A DNA stretch of 63,898 nucleotides, counting the filler, from Bigelowiella natans CCMP2755 (Eukaryota > Protista > Cercozoa): assembly GCA_000320545.1 (NCBI GenBank). It is 5 parts of 5 records of this genome, joined end to end, with 100 filler letters (N's around TTAATTAATTAA, not from the genome) between each part and the next. Parts side by side here need not be neighbours in the genome. Positions count along the whole stretch, not along the records: positions 1 to 15,739 come from ADNK01003160.1; 4 more parts are not named here. The stretch is one strand, 5' to 3'. Positions 1-13,713 of this stretch are shown piece by piece (the stretch's first letter is position 1; each line of letters opens with the position of its first letter). Under the pieces are notes generated by a model. It worked only from the letters and a program-made list of their open reading frames with translations. It ran no database searches and was not told the origin of the DNA. The position numbers were made by a program, and so were the translations under genes.

Positions 1-365
1 TTGTCTTCCCCTCACCTTTAACCCGTTTGTCCATGTTGATGATTCGAATCTGTTTATGCTGCCAGAGAACAAACGCTGTCGACAGAAGACCTATCGGACG
101 GTGAAGATCACGGCCCAAGTAAGGAACAACAGGAAGGGGGGGGGGGGGGGGGGGGTGGTCTGAGTGTATACATAATGGATATTAAAAAAAAATGAAAATA
201 TACTGGGGTAAATATTACAAAATTTGGTTGTCTTCCGTCGATGATTGGGTGTTTATTTGATCTGTGATAGCGCCGTTTGAGCTGCTCCTCCACAATGGAC
301 TCAGAGAGGACGCAATAGATGATGAGCATATGAGTCAGCCCACGGCAACTGGGGTTATGACCTAA
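1..365 (+). CDS. 3' end of an unidentified spliced gene (partial)
   Basis: GTAAG donor at about 119 and AG acceptor at about 270. An open frame PFELLLHNGLREDAIDDEHMSQPTATGVMT* follows, ending at about 365. No recognisable homology. Confidence 0.25.
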
Positions 366-1461
366 TGATGGCATGCATACGTGTAGACCTCAAGACAAGG
401 CGACATGTTGTTCATTCATTTAGTCTAGATAGCTAGTAGTAATATCAACGTGGGGCTCGACTATGCTATACGAGGAAGCGAGCTAGCGAGGAGCCTTCTA
501 GCCTTCTAAGACTTCCAGCATGTCTATTATGTGTCTAGATGTGATGGTGGAGTTTTGTGCGTCGGTGCACGTGCTAGCATGCGTGCTTGCTCAGCTTGCT
601 TCGCGCGACCATGCTAGCATATGCATGACTAGAAATACAGATGATGTGACTCTAGGACTCGCTAGCTCGCGCTGCAGCAGCACTGTTAGAATGAGACCCT
701 AGCTAGCTAGATCGAGACTCCCGTCTGCTCTAGCTAGCTAGTGCTGATCACTACCCACGTTCTTGCTGTGCGCGACCATCTGAGCGATCTGATCGACAGC
801 TAGCTAGCTAGACAGCTGGAATTGAATCATGCTAGCTAGCTAGCTGCTAGGTCTGAGGTGGGTTCTGTAGTTCTGGGGATTGCTAGTTTGTGTTGTAGTG
901 TTTTGGCCTTGCTAGCTTGTTCAGATGTCAGCATTCCTAGATTCAATTCTTGAACCATCCTAGCATCGTATCTTGGATAATTGCTAGCTAGGTACGTTCT
1001 AGCGTTGCCTGATCTGGTGATTTTGTAGTGATCTCAAGCTACGCTACTACGTCCATGCTAGCATGCTAGAGCATTGAGATTGTCATGATGTGCACGCGCA
1101 TCTAGCTGTGCGCATGTCCAGCTGTGCGCACGCATCGATCAGGCAGTGGCTTCATGCATGCTCTCTTGCACATGAATTTTACGTCGACAATCGATCATCA
1201 TGCGTTGTTCGTAAATTCGCCAGCAAGATTATTGTTTTCCTGCTTGTTCACAGTTCGTCATGAACATGGTTGCAAAACTGTGCAGTTTGGGCAGAGCCAT
1301 GCATATCGAATATCTAAATTAGTCTACTAGTGTGTCAAGATCATAGCTACGTTGCAACCACTGGACCAGTCGAATGAGCTGGCCATGAGCCAAACCACGC
1401 ACGCACCAACGGTGCGCTTTCGCATGCCAGTGCTCAGATGTTCGCATAGTCCCTGCACTAT

Positions 1462-2569
1462 TTACATCGTGGGATAAGACGGCTGGGAGGTGATGCCACA
1501 GATTCCTGCTCCGCCAGCATTGCGTTCGATGAGAACATAGCCCTTCATCCCCCAAGATGCACCCCAACTGTTCTTCACCTTCCAGTAAGGGGTGCCATTG
1601 GAATCGCCGTATCCAACTACGAGAACGCCATGATCAAGCTGCTGACCACAAGCCTGGCTGGTGATGACGCCTCCCGAGTAAAACTGGAACACCGGTCGAT
1701 CTGCTTCAATAGCGACCGAAACGGGCTGCTGGGCGACAGCGGCCTGGAGAGCCTGAGAGTTGTCCCGTGGCACGTCACGATAGCCACTGATCTTCACTGA
1801 TGGAGAACATGAAGAGCTCTTGCAATTTCCATCTCTCGCAGTGTAAGGATACTCGCTCTCCAAACATAAGCCATTCTTAATGGCAAACTCAAACCCCTGG
1901 TCCATGAGGCCACCGTTGCACCCTTGGTTGCCGTATCTGCCGCCACAATCAACAAGCTCTTGCTCGCTGAAGGACTGAAGATTTCCGGTCTTGATAGCAT
2001 TGAGACCTTCAATGGAACCAGTAGTAGAGAATGCCCAGCAAGAGCCTAAAAAATAGCAGATTTTAAGGGACTGGGTAAAAGAATTTTGTCTTCAATCATT
2101 ACCGCACTGCCCTTGGTTCTTGATAGGAGTTACAGCACCTTTTGCCGACCAATCAACGCTGCTTGCTAGTGATTCCGTAGGGAGAACTTCAACATTCTTG
2201 GAGCGCAGATACGGAGACTGGTGCTTTTTGGTCCCGTAGTGCTGTGCCTTGAATTCTTCAAAGGTCTGGTCAGCAAATTCGTTCATTCCCAGAGTAAAGT
2301 TGTGACCCTCTGAGTTGTGTTTACGAATCAGCTCCATGTTATGAGAGAATATCGCATATCGTTTGGCAAATTCGTCACGATCGTAGGTACGCTTGTACGT
2401 GCTAAATACAACAAATCAATGCGCATCAGAAGGAGCAACGCAATGAAAGAATTCGAGCAAGGAAAATCAACCGAAGAAAGCGTGAGAACTGGAACATGTG
2501 GTTGGGCACATGGTGTGTCGGAGCACTTTGCACGAGAGCAGTGGATGCGAGGAAGAGGATGGGAAGCAT
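1462..2569 (-). CDS. Papain-family (C1A) cathepsin L-like cysteine protease with signal peptide and I29 propeptide; 3 exons
   Basis: The spliced reading gives signal MLPILFLASTALVQS, an ERFNIN-like EFAKRYAIFSHNMELIRKHN, and GMNEFAD. The catalytic motifs are QGQCG|SCWAF (intron 2046-2102), LDHGVLVVGYG and YWKVKNSWG. Introns are short GT-AG. Confidence 0.95.
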
Positions 2570-3069
2570 GGCGACCGAATGAGATTTGTGGTGCGTGCGC
2601 GTGTTCATTGTTACAGTTGTGCTGCAGATAGACCTATCGGAGAAATAAATCTATTGGAAAAACATTGAATTTCAAACCTACGACTGATATCAATTCGATG
2701 TCGCTCTTTGTAAAAGGATCCTTCCATCGTTCTCAGTCGGCCCGCCTCGATTTTGGGAAGGGTACTTGGAAACTGATATCGGTCAATGTCCGAGGCTACT
2801 CATTTCGATCACAAACGTAGGACACTTTTGCATGTATTAGGCAATAATTGCAACCTGGAAAGGTTCCGGACAAAATGCAGTGCGCGACAGTGTCTACCCG
2901 CTCGATTTCTCCACTGTGAGCGGGTTCAGCCGCTGAGGAAATACTAGGCGATTCGATCCAGAAGCTAAACCGACATAATGGTCGCGAAGCTGGAATCGCA
3001 TGGTTTCTCGTTTTGATTCGTACGACGACAAACCCGGCAAACGCTATGGAATAGCGATTAAAGAGCGAC

Positions 3070-5938
3070 ATGAGCAGATTAGAGTTATTTGGCCTATGTT
3101 TGCGTCCTACGACTAGGTTTTTTGATGATTTTCCGCATTGTTTTGATCTTGCAGAAGAATGGCTGCCGAGTTTCGAATGTGGGTTCGCATTTTTGTTGAG
3201 CTGTTGAGGAGCCGTGTAAATCTCTGCATTTTGCTCTGATGCACAGGGTCGTTAGATTGTTAGATTGTTAACGTCTAGAACGGATAGATCTCATTTCATC
3301 CACGCGCACTTTTCACGTGTGATTATCCAGCAAGTTTCACAACTATGTGCTACATTTTCACCATTTCTCTGACATAACGAAGTTGCTTCGTACTATATGT
3401 AGATGCATCCGAGAGGCATTGGAACCTTTAAAGCCACGCGGCGTAATTATTATCGAGGACTCAAACAATGACAGCAGACGGAAGAGTGCTACTGGATCCG
3501 GATTTAAATTAAAATCGACTTTGAAACAAACGAGCATGAAATCATTGGCTATTAAACTTGGGAAAGAAAATTATAAAAAAATGGCTCTGGCAGAAGACGA
3601 ACTTCCAATTGCAATCCTTGTAAACTCGAACATTCGCTCACAGCGCACAACGCACTTTCTTCTGGCAACAGCAGCTTCGTCTGGGTGATGATAGTGATGA
3701 TCTTTTCGTTGAGGAGATTTCATAACACTAATCGCTTTCTGTTTAAAACAGATTTATTCTAGTTTCAACTCGACGTGTCTTCCACTTCTTGAATGGCGAT
3801 TTCGTGTCAATTCCCATGTCTTCAATACTACCATCAGAATGTGCGATAAAATCTAGTTCGGAAGGACTTTCCAGTACCTGGGTATCAATTGCTTTGAAGC
3901 TTGGGACAAAACTAGAAAAGACTACGAGGGATTGTAAAATATCCGATGATTGTGTTAACTTTGAATTTGCGGCCTTAAATACTGCAAAAACGTTTCTGAA
4001 AATTATACGTAGCCTTCCTGTTCACAGTGTTGCTGGACGCCAAAGGGGTTATGGAGTAGCGAGGCGAGAACGAGCACTAATGGCATTGAAGAAATTTAAC
4101 AACATACCAACATACAAAGTAACGTCTCTGAATCATAAGACCGCGCATTCCTCTCCGATTATTTCTTCCAAAGCTCGAATCAATCTTGACGAGGACTCCG
4201 ATGTCCCGTCGAGGGCGTCGTCAGACAACGGACTATTTTCTCCTTCAGGCAGCATCAGAGGCTTTCGAAGGAGTGCAGATAGTCCACCTGGATCCTGGCG
4301 CATACCAAGTAAACAAGATGCCCCTTCTCGGAAAGGGAACAGAATGAAGATTCTCAACCTCTCTCGTTCTCTGAAACATAAGCACTCGCGTAAGCTTTCA
4401 GGGCCTCCACCAAGATTGCCCCCGAGCATCGCAAGGATGCCCTCTATGTCGGGGATCCTGGAAGCCGAGGCTCTAGCTGCATGCGCAGCTCTTGATTTTG
4501 AGACCTCCAGTGAGGATGAGGAATCCACAAGAGCTTTCCGTAATCACAAGGCAGGCCATACTATGAAAAGAAAGAACGATGACGGGATTTCCGATAGGTG
4601 CATTTCTAGTCGACTGCATTACCTTCTACTTAAGATGATGTCCGTTAATGACAGGAAAATGCCCATCCGATCTAAATCGACACTTCAACTGCTTGAAGGA
4701 GGAGAATGGTACTACATCGATCGTCGGGTGCATCAACGCGTAAGCTCTAAAATCTGAATAAAAGATTCCAGCAATACGATTTTATGAATTTATTGCCACC
4801 AGCTCAAATGGTTTTGCTTTCGAATTTGAGTACTGATATACTTACTCTTTCTCTCTCTCCCTCCCTCACACGCACGCACATGCATAGTAAGCATTAATGT
4901 TTAGTGACATACTAACTGTTAGTATGGACCTCTAACTTCAACACAAATGGCGTATGTTTGGTACTGTTTTTTTCCAAGGAAATTTAGTTCAACGACTCAC
5001 AACTTGCTTTACAGGCAAAAACCCATTCCGGTTTTGGGAGAGCACTCGATGGTTTTCAATAGGGAAGACAAAACAAACAAAACGTGGACCGAGGTTCGAA
5101 TTGTTCAATATGGGCAACGTCTAATATGGGCGGGGGGGTGCGTGCGTGGAGTGCGTGGTGTAATCAGTGTTGCACGTGTTTACAACCAAAATTGGACATA
5201 TATTTTGAATTGGAAGGTAAGAATTGTCCGAGATACCAGCGAATTGAATAGGTCAATATTTCCTCTGCTAAATGAAACGGGGCATCTTCTCGAAAGATTG
5301 AAAAAGGCAAACCCACATCAAATATGGTACGGTTTTGATGACATCAATTCTGTACCTAGTCATGATCAGAAATGTTTCAGGTTTTACATGGACCCATCCC
5401 AGAATCGAATTGGACCTCTGGTTTGATTTATGAAAATAAAAAATCCTAGTAGTTCCTATTTATCTTTAACGGTATTATTTATTTATTGTTGCATTCTGTT
5501 AGGACGAAGAACAAATGAGGCATAAGTTTTGGGAGGGAGAAATTGATCTACGGTGAACATGTTCTGTATATATTCTAAAAAATCAATTTATTAACATTGA
5601 AACTACCCCTTTTATTATTATTGATGATAGATCTTTTGTCTGGAATCGTACTATGGATCGATATGCCAGATTGGAAGACACGGTTATGCTAAAAGAAAAG
5701 TGAAAAAATAATTAGACTGTTATTTCTTTTCACTGATTTTCTATTTTCATCTCTTCTTATATAATCAAAGCCCTTAGCAAGCCATTTTAAAGAATTCAGA
5801 AGACTTCCAGATATTCCAACCTATGACGAAGATGAAGAATCTCGACCGATTACTCCGCCAAGCCCTCCCCCTCCTCCGCCAAGATCTGACACTGAAGGCA
5901 GCTCTAGTAACCCATTCACCAGTCACAGCCCATTTTGA
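3070..5938 (+). CDS. Multi-exon hypothetical protein with two GYF-like domains and a Pro-rich C-terminus (start uncertain)
   Basis: ORFs 3347-3688, 3789-4757 and 4947-5426. Spliced motifs WYYIDRRVHQR|YGPLTSTQM and FYMDPSQNRIGPL|DEEQMRHKFWEGEID resemble the GYF consensus WxYxDxxGxxxGPFxxxxMxxW. The last exon ends PPSPPPPPPRSD...HSPF* at 5938. Confidence 0.55.
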
Positions 5939-7582
5939 TTGTATCGCACTATCACAAACAAGCGAGCGGGCACATGAAAATTATAATAGTAATCGTGAAA
6001 GGTCTACAATATCTAGATGTAATTCACGTCAAAAGCTACAGCCTATAAGGAAATACCATGATAAACTTGCATAAGTCTATAGAGGTTGCACCATGATAGC
6101 AGCATGTGCAAGCGTAACGCTCCAGCTAGCCAGTGGTATGGCAAGCGTGCGATGCGCATGCGTAGACACAATGCAAACGAAATGTGTGGCGGTTATCATC
6201 AAGTTGCATCGCATTGCTCTATCTCTTCAAACGCAAGCGTTCGATCACATTCGATTCGAATCTCGATGCTGGATTCTGTGTAATAAGAAGACTCACAATG
6301 AAGTTAGATTCGATACGATGCTGTGTTAGTCATCTCCTTTAAGTGCTATGTTGATAGACACTTTTGACCAATCAAATTGTTGCCACTGTTCTAAGTTTAG
6401 CTGCAGGATTGCTTGTGCTGTGCAGGTTTGACGGCATGCTAGCATGATTCCCGTTCTAGCGTTGCTCCCATTTTGCTGCCTACACCTGCTGTCCATTCAG
6501 AGAGGTAAGAAATTAAAACTTAGCATTAAGCTTTTCAGGAGATCTAGAGCTAGTGTATAAGTGAGTTCGTGCGCACGCACATGCTTGTGCACACACACGT
6601 ACGCACACACGCAGATTCACAGCAAGGCTTGTGCACTACATGCATCTGGAGCAAGGATGAACGAAATAATTGCTTTGTGGAAATTCAAACTAAATGAAAT
6701 TATTCATTGACTAGCTAGCTAGTCGCGACGTAGCATAAGCGTTACGAAAACTTGGCGCCGCGGCTGGCGAGGTGCATGCTCACGCTGCTCTGAGATGCCA
6801 TCCCCATGGCTAATGCGATGATGGAAGAAGGTCTAGCACGATGACATTACATGTCCATGTCATATCATAGCCAGCAGCCCCCTTCCGCAGTGGGTGTTTA
6901 GCTTGTCGGCACATTGCAATGTTCATTGCGCTTTGCTTAATTGCCAGATGGCCACGCATCATGCTGCGTGCATGCATGGCTCAGATGGAATCATGCGTAG
7001 CGCGCACAGCTCCAGCATGCATGTGCTCCTTGCAATGTCCTCATTATGATTGTCCAATGCTGCTACACACCTCTGTTGCACAACCCCAAGTTTGACTTGA
7101 AAAACACACGAACAAAAGGATTGAATGCGTGAAATGAAAGTGGAGGTGCATTGAAAGATCAATGGAACCCACGTCACAACATCTGAGGGGGGAAGGTATG
7201 AACACATAGATAGATAGAGGAGAGATGGGCGTATAGATGGACGGTGGCATCTGTCAATGAGCTACGGGTCGCACGTTCGTGCACAAGCACAGAGCTAGAG
7301 AGGGGAAGTGATCCGGTCTGGATTTCGCCAACCAGCTAGATTTGCGCCAGACCAGTACGACGTCCGAAAGCCGTCGTCGCAGAAATGAAATCCGCTTCGT
7401 TTTAGACGTTTTACGAGCGATGAAACTGTGAAACGAATGGGTAGAGACTGGCAGGGCAGACCTGTGCATGCGACATCAATTCTGGTTTGTCGCAGATGAA
7501 TTTGATAGACAAACTCACAATTCTCTGGAAAATCTCTGGATGTTTTATGGTAGTATCTCGAATCTCAGGCACTTCGTGTCAA

Positions 7583-9472
7583 ATGGTTCCGGCCCGCCTC
7601 CTTCTCCTCCCCGTTCTCTTGGGGCTAGGCTTTCCAAGCGGCCTCCGAACCGGCATGCCATCGAACTTGTGCTCCCGCAATTCTGGCGGCATCGGACAGG
7701 CACATCGGGCAAGAAATCCCCGACGTCGTCCCGTGAGCGTGCGGAGTAAGTGGGGTTCGGTCTCGGTTCAGAAGGGAGAACAAAATTCTTTCGATGTAGG
7801 GATTCATTCTTTTGTAGACGAATACCGATGGGACCATTTCATATTCCCAGTTGTCTATGGGACGCCTTGCTTATTCAGCATTCTCGCTGTCTATGTAGTT
7901 TTAAGCAACTGCCTCCCACTCGTAAGATATGTTGTCTGGTGTTGGCGATTGCATGGTACACAGGTCAAGTATTGGAAAAAGTTCAGAGCAGTATGACGCA
8001 GACCCTCCGGAAGGTGGTGGCCATAGAGATCACGAATGCACGCACGTGAATACAAGTGTATGAATGTATTCTGGCGATTTGCGTGGCGGTATGTCTTCTA
8101 ATGACCCCCCCCACCTTACAGATGACAAGAAGACAAATGTTCTTCGGGATCGTTGGCTCGGGGATTGCGCTCTCTTTGTGGAGACATAGAGATGGGCCTC
8201 CAACGTATGTGTAGAGATATCACTGCGGTGCGACATTAACGGAGGAGAAGGGGGGGGGGAGGGGGATGGGAGAAAAGAGTTTGGCAACCTCGGTGCAATT
8301 GATCCAAATTATGTAAATTGTCTTGATCATCGTGCGCGCAACTTCGTCCTGTTACCATTGAATGTCTCATGTCATCTTAGTATTAGTGTGGAGAATTTAT
8401 TTTCTGCTCATGGTTGAAGAGAATCATTGGTGTTGGGCAAGAAGAGGAGGGCAAAGGAGGAGGAGGAGGAGGAGGAGGAGGAGGAGGAGGGGGGGGGGGA
8501 GGAAGAAGAAGAAGAAGAAGAAGAAGAAGAAGAAACCACTTCTGTTTGCATTTAACGTTGTGATACTTTGCAGATTCACCGATCCGAATGGAATTCTCTG
8601 GACAAAATCCAAGGTAATTTGATTCGTAAGCTAGCTAATATGCTGATTCATTCTTGCCATTTGCCTGGCGTGTGCCTGGCGTGTTCTCCTAGTACTCAAT
8701 CTGCAGACAATCAACACTGCTCTTGTGCTCATATCTCAGGGGGGTGAACCGCTTGCCGTCTTCAAGGACGAAAGGGGCCGCATATATATGATCGACAAAT
8801 ATGGAAACCTGTGCGTGAGATGATTCAACATGCCTTTTGGACAAAGCACACAAGGGCAGGGAGGACAAACAACGAACAAAACAAGTAAAGTATGGATTGA
8901 AAATCTCATCCTATCCCCACGTGGTGATAGGTATTACGACACTGGGGATCCAGAGAGTGGTTTCTTCATTGTAGAGAGGGACGGCAACATGATAAATCTC
9001 CGTATCGACCAAAACGGTACAATGTTAATGTTTTAATTTCGGTATTTTTTATCTAATTGTATCTTCTGGTTTTTTTAATTTTTAAATCAGCGTGCTCCTC
9101 ATCTTATCAGTGTATTCTCATCCAATTATATTTATCAAAGCAACTTTTTTCTTTTTTGAAATCAGCGTGTTTCTGATGCTATCCTTGTGTATTTTGTTCT
9201 CTCTCCTTATCTCCGACCTAATTTCCTCTCGTGTCCCTCCCGCTACTGCCTCCCTCCCCCGCGCCCATATTTCCTTGTGCAGGGCAAGTGGTGCGCGCAC
9301 CGGTTGGGAACGTAGCCGATTTGAGGAGTTTCAAGATCTCATCGTCAGAACAAGACAAATAATGACAGAGAAAAGAAAAAATATTTTTTATTATTTTACG
9401 TGTATATAATTTAATAGATTTCGGCACGCTCATATGTAGACATCTGCGTGCGCAATTATTCTGATTGGTTTT

Positions 9473-9522
<50 letters not shown>

Positions 9523-9731
9523 GTATCTGATCAGGGTGTCTGGCGTGGATCCCAGCAACTTCGGCGATCTTCCTAATGGCGGGGAGATCACAGCGTTTCC
9601 TGTATGATGACTGACAACAGAAGAAAGAAAATTACATGAGGAAGAGGAAAATATGGCATTAATTAGATGGCAGCATTTTGTGTAGGATCATATCTCATAA
9701 ACTTAGTATGCTGCAGTCATCTACGCGCGCG

Positions 9732-9770
<39 letters not shown>

Positions 9771-10169
9771 TCATGCGATATTGCGATTGCTATCAGGAGA
9801 TATTTTCAGAGGAAAAACTGGATAAGCTGCGTGCGCAGGTAGACCAGGATGTAAAGGACAACCCTGAGTTCTTCCGTAAAAGGATGAAGCAAAAGGACAG
9901 CGCGGCGGTACGATTTACACTCTGTGCAAAACAAATGCGTCACAAAACCCTTGGCATTAGCTGATAGCACAAGCATAAAACAGGAACACCACAGCACATC
10001 ATCTAGATCATGGTTGGTAGGGTACAACGCATGCATTCAGTGCATAATCGCAGGCCGGCTCACCGCTTGCAAAAGTTAAAGTTATTTGTCTGCCATGTAT
10101 TTGTTGCAGATAACGGTTGGGAAGGCGACAGCGCCTATACTGGGAGAGCTCACCTTAGAAGATGATTGA
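7583..10169 (+). CDS. Multi-exon hypothetical protein with a bipartite signal/transit-like leader (probably plastid-targeted)
   Basis: Leader MVPARLLLLPVLLGLG is followed by an R/S-rich segment with no acidic residues. Exons include GGEPLAVFKDERGRIYMIDKYGNL, YYDTGDPESGFFIVERDGNM, EIFSEEKLDKLRAQVDQDVKDNPEF and ITVGKATAPILGELTLEDD*. Introns are microsatellite-rich. Confidence 0.55.
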
Positions 10170-10663
10170 TAGATATCGTCTACGCGCATGGTTATTGCTT
10201 CAATTCTCGTGTTCATTTTTGCATTGCCTCATATATATACACATCACGCAGCATATTGCTGTGACACATTGCATTGCATTGTAGCCAGTGCTTCACGCTT
10301 ATTTTATATGTTGTGCGAATAATACTGAATCAATACACGCTACGTACAGACATGTTCTAATACGTAGCTGCTTGATCATGATCACAGCTAGCCGCCGCCG
10401 TCGTGACGACGCGAAGAAGTTACATACACATGTACAACACACAATGTATGGCATAGCATGCGGTGCATGCAACACATATAGTCGATCGTGCCGCCACGCG
10501 TGCGACATAGACGTACGTCCAGATAGACTTACGCATGTGCAACACAGACAGCTCTAGAGCTGTACGTACGTCGTAGTAGCACTGGAGCAGCGTACGTGGC
10601 ACATTGCCATTGACGACGATGTGTGTGTATATATGCGATATAATAGACATAGTAATACTATTA

Positions 10664-10738
10664 ATATGATATATATATTGTATTACGTGTCTATAATAAG
10701 TATTATATGATATATATATTGTATTACGTGTCTATAAT
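10664..10738. repeat. Direct duplication of a 34-bp unit (period 41)
   Basis: ATATGATATATATATTGTATTACGTGTCTATAAT at 10664-10697 and again at 10705-10738. Confidence 0.9.
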
Positions 10739-11624
10739 CGATCTGTCAAGCCATGCATGCGCTCTATCGCTATTATGATCCTGTGGCGCGAAGCTAACAC
10801 GCTAGCACGAGCCATGCACAGCTAGCTCGCTATCTCGCTACATATTATAGCAGCGATGAGCAACAATTGCAAGCACAATAAATGATGCTATACGCATGCA
10901 TATATGGCTGTACGTGTGCATTGATTGCTAGATTGTATGCACGAATCTAGGAATGCGCCTTAGTACGTACTAGCGTATACGTACGTACTACATGAGTCTA
11001 GATTAAATGTGTGTGGTGTGCGTGCGTGTGCGCAACTATACAACATTGCGGTGTACTGACAAACATGCATCATGTCTACGCGTAGCGTGCTGTCTTGTAC
11101 TAGTGCAGGTCAGCAGAGAGTGCATAGATAGCAGACGACCTTATTATAGGCGATAGCTGTATGATACATATAACCAGCCTACGATACATATACGATGCGT
11201 TCTCCATGCAGACGAATGAACGCATTTAGTTTACTAAACTAAGATGCCTTACTTACGCAATTGTAGTAGAAGGGACAGAGATATATGAAGAGGAATAGAA
11301 AGAGTACTACAGAGAAAGGAGTGAAAAGAGAGAGAGGAGGAAAGAAAGAATGAACGGACCAAAAGGTAGAAACAGGACATTTGCACATGACATCAGCGAA
11401 CTCCTGTGGCGTACATTCTATCAGATGAATTCTTCCACTCTAAATCATATTTACGTTTGAACTGGGGTGCATAATTTGCATATACATTCACAAGGCTACA
11501 TCTAAATACAATGACGCGTCGGCGTCAAGGGCCGAAAGCACAGAGCCTTTCCTTCGAAGCAGCAATCTGTCTATAATTTTACGACGAAACCTCGGCACTA
11601 GTACCTTGTTCCCTATTCTTATTG

Positions 11625-11891
11625 CTATCCTGATTTAAACAGGAGAATTGCGACTTGTCCAAGGTAAAAGTAGATGAAATGCTTCGTCTCGTGAGTTACA
11701 TATGACCCGAAATTACGGCCAACGATACAGTGCCATGTAGGGTTATGACGCTTGTCAAATTCCTTCTTAATGTATGCTGCTACTTCCTTTTCGATGTTGT
11801 ATTTAGAGAGGGCGGTAGTGGCACAGTCGACAGCATCCTGCTGCATCTCCTCTGACATGTCTGCATTTTTAACTACAGCTTTGCGAGACAT
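11625..11891 (-). CDS. DYNLL1: Dynein light chain LC8
   Basis: 88-aa uninterrupted [27 protein letters not shown]...[36 protein letters not shown], which is the LC8 signature sequence. Confidence 0.98.
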   Translation of the reverse strand: MSRKAVVKNADMSEEMQQDAVDCATTALSKYNIEKEVAAYIKKEFDKRHNPTWHCIVGRNFGSYVTHETKHFIYFYLGQVAILLFKSG

Positions 11892-13108
11892 TTTTTATTT
11901 GTTCTTGCCTGATTGGAAAAATAGTATGTTTTATGAATATGATATTTTAATAAATCTCGCGTGAGCTAAAAGCTTGTAACAAATGGGAAAAGGATAGCCG
12001 AATGCTTCTATTGTATTACTTTTTTGAAAAACAGAAATTTTCACGCGGAGGGAAACAGATCATTAGTAACAGTCCAGTTAGATGTGATAGAAGTAGAAAT
12101 GAATTCACATAACAGTGCAAATACACAAACAAACATGATTCACTTGAAATAATAAATGAAGGAAGGAAGAGAACATCCATAGTTTGAAACAGGCAGGGCA
12201 AGAGGCAGGGGACAACCTTAGTTCGCTAGTTGAGGCTTATGTGTTATGGGTTTCTTACAAACGATTTGTTTCAAAATAACTAGAATTGGGAGAGAAAAAT
12301 AAAACCTCTAATATTATTAAGAGACATTAAATATTTCATGACGTAGTATTTTGATGTAGTATATCTTAGTTGATCTAAAGAATACTATAGAAAATTATAT
12401 GTTGAATTCTTTCACAATTAGCGTTAAGATCCAGATCCGTTTTATAAAATTGAGAAATATCTTAGATTTGGCATTTTTTATACAAATCTTCTTGACGCTT
12501 GCTTAAGAATAGGACTTATATTAGCTTTGAAAAGAGAATTGTGTGAAAATTGATGTCTTCTCTAATTTATTAAGATTTAAGAAAAGTTCTTCTGGGATAG
12601 ATATGTGGAAAATAAACATACATTTCATTCATAAGCCTGTCGATTTAGCACCGAAATACTTTTAAATAGAGACACATTACTTCGGCAAACCTCCAGTTTT
12701 TCGTGCACTTTCCATGCATTTTCCCACAAAAATTGTCCAGCTGCCAGCGGTTTTTATAGTTGCGCTTTCTCGGCAATTCGAAAACGAAAAATAAATGTTT
12801 GAATAAAATAATACTTCGTCCATCCGTTAATTCTACATGTTGGTAAGTCCAGGAGAATCCTTCGCTGTCCGTGCACTGGTTGTCCGATATCACGTACATT
12901 TTTCAATTAATTAGTATTTTCATGTTGTCGCACTTCCAAAACACAAGCGGTATAATGATAATCGTAATCTAGAATTTTGAGTTCGGAAGTTACGTCCCTT
13001 GCCACGTTTCGGCTACCTCTCTGATCTCAGGTATTATTTTACGAGTCAAAGGAAGGGGGACATACTAACCTCCTTTTTCGAGCCGGCCCTGCCTCTACAT
13101 ATTCTAAG

Positions 13109-13673
13109 ATGGAATCTTCAATCGGGGAGAGACGAGAGCCCTTTTCCCCTGTGAGAAACTTCATTCCGGGTGGCAGAAAGCAGAGGAAATCAATGGTTCC
13201 TCCCTACGACTCCGCTGGCAACACCATCGTAAAGACCCCGAATAAGCGTCGAGGTAAATTTCTAGCTTCGATATTTACAAAGCACGTGCATGTACCCATT
13301 TATTTTACTGCCATACATCAGTTAAAGGGGGGGCGGCCGCCCAAAATTCATCATCAAAGAAATCTCGCCGGAAAAGCCGAGCTGCGTTCACGAAAATTGC
13401 CGAGAACAACGGTACATCCTTCGTCAAATGCCATTGTACCCATCTTTCAGGGAACAATATTGTCATTCACATCGCCTTGTTGACAGAAAACCGAGCGAAG
13501 GAGAACTCGTGGATCTCTGCAGAAATCATCGCTGCCCCTGCCAAACAGCGAGTGAATTCTGCCGCTAAGCCGATAGGATCTTCCTCAACTGGACGTCATC
13601 GCGTAAGTCGATCCCGTCGCGCTACGTTATCAAGTAAGTTATCCCTCGATCATTTAGACTCTTTTATTTTCTA

Positions 13674-13713
<40 letters not shown>

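Noticed and set aside
690-860. CTAG arrays as telomere-like or CRISPR-like repeats
   Set aside because: The units are (GCTA)n, not TTAGGG or TCTAGGG, and there is no repeat-spacer periodicity. The context is eukaryotic with no cas genes.
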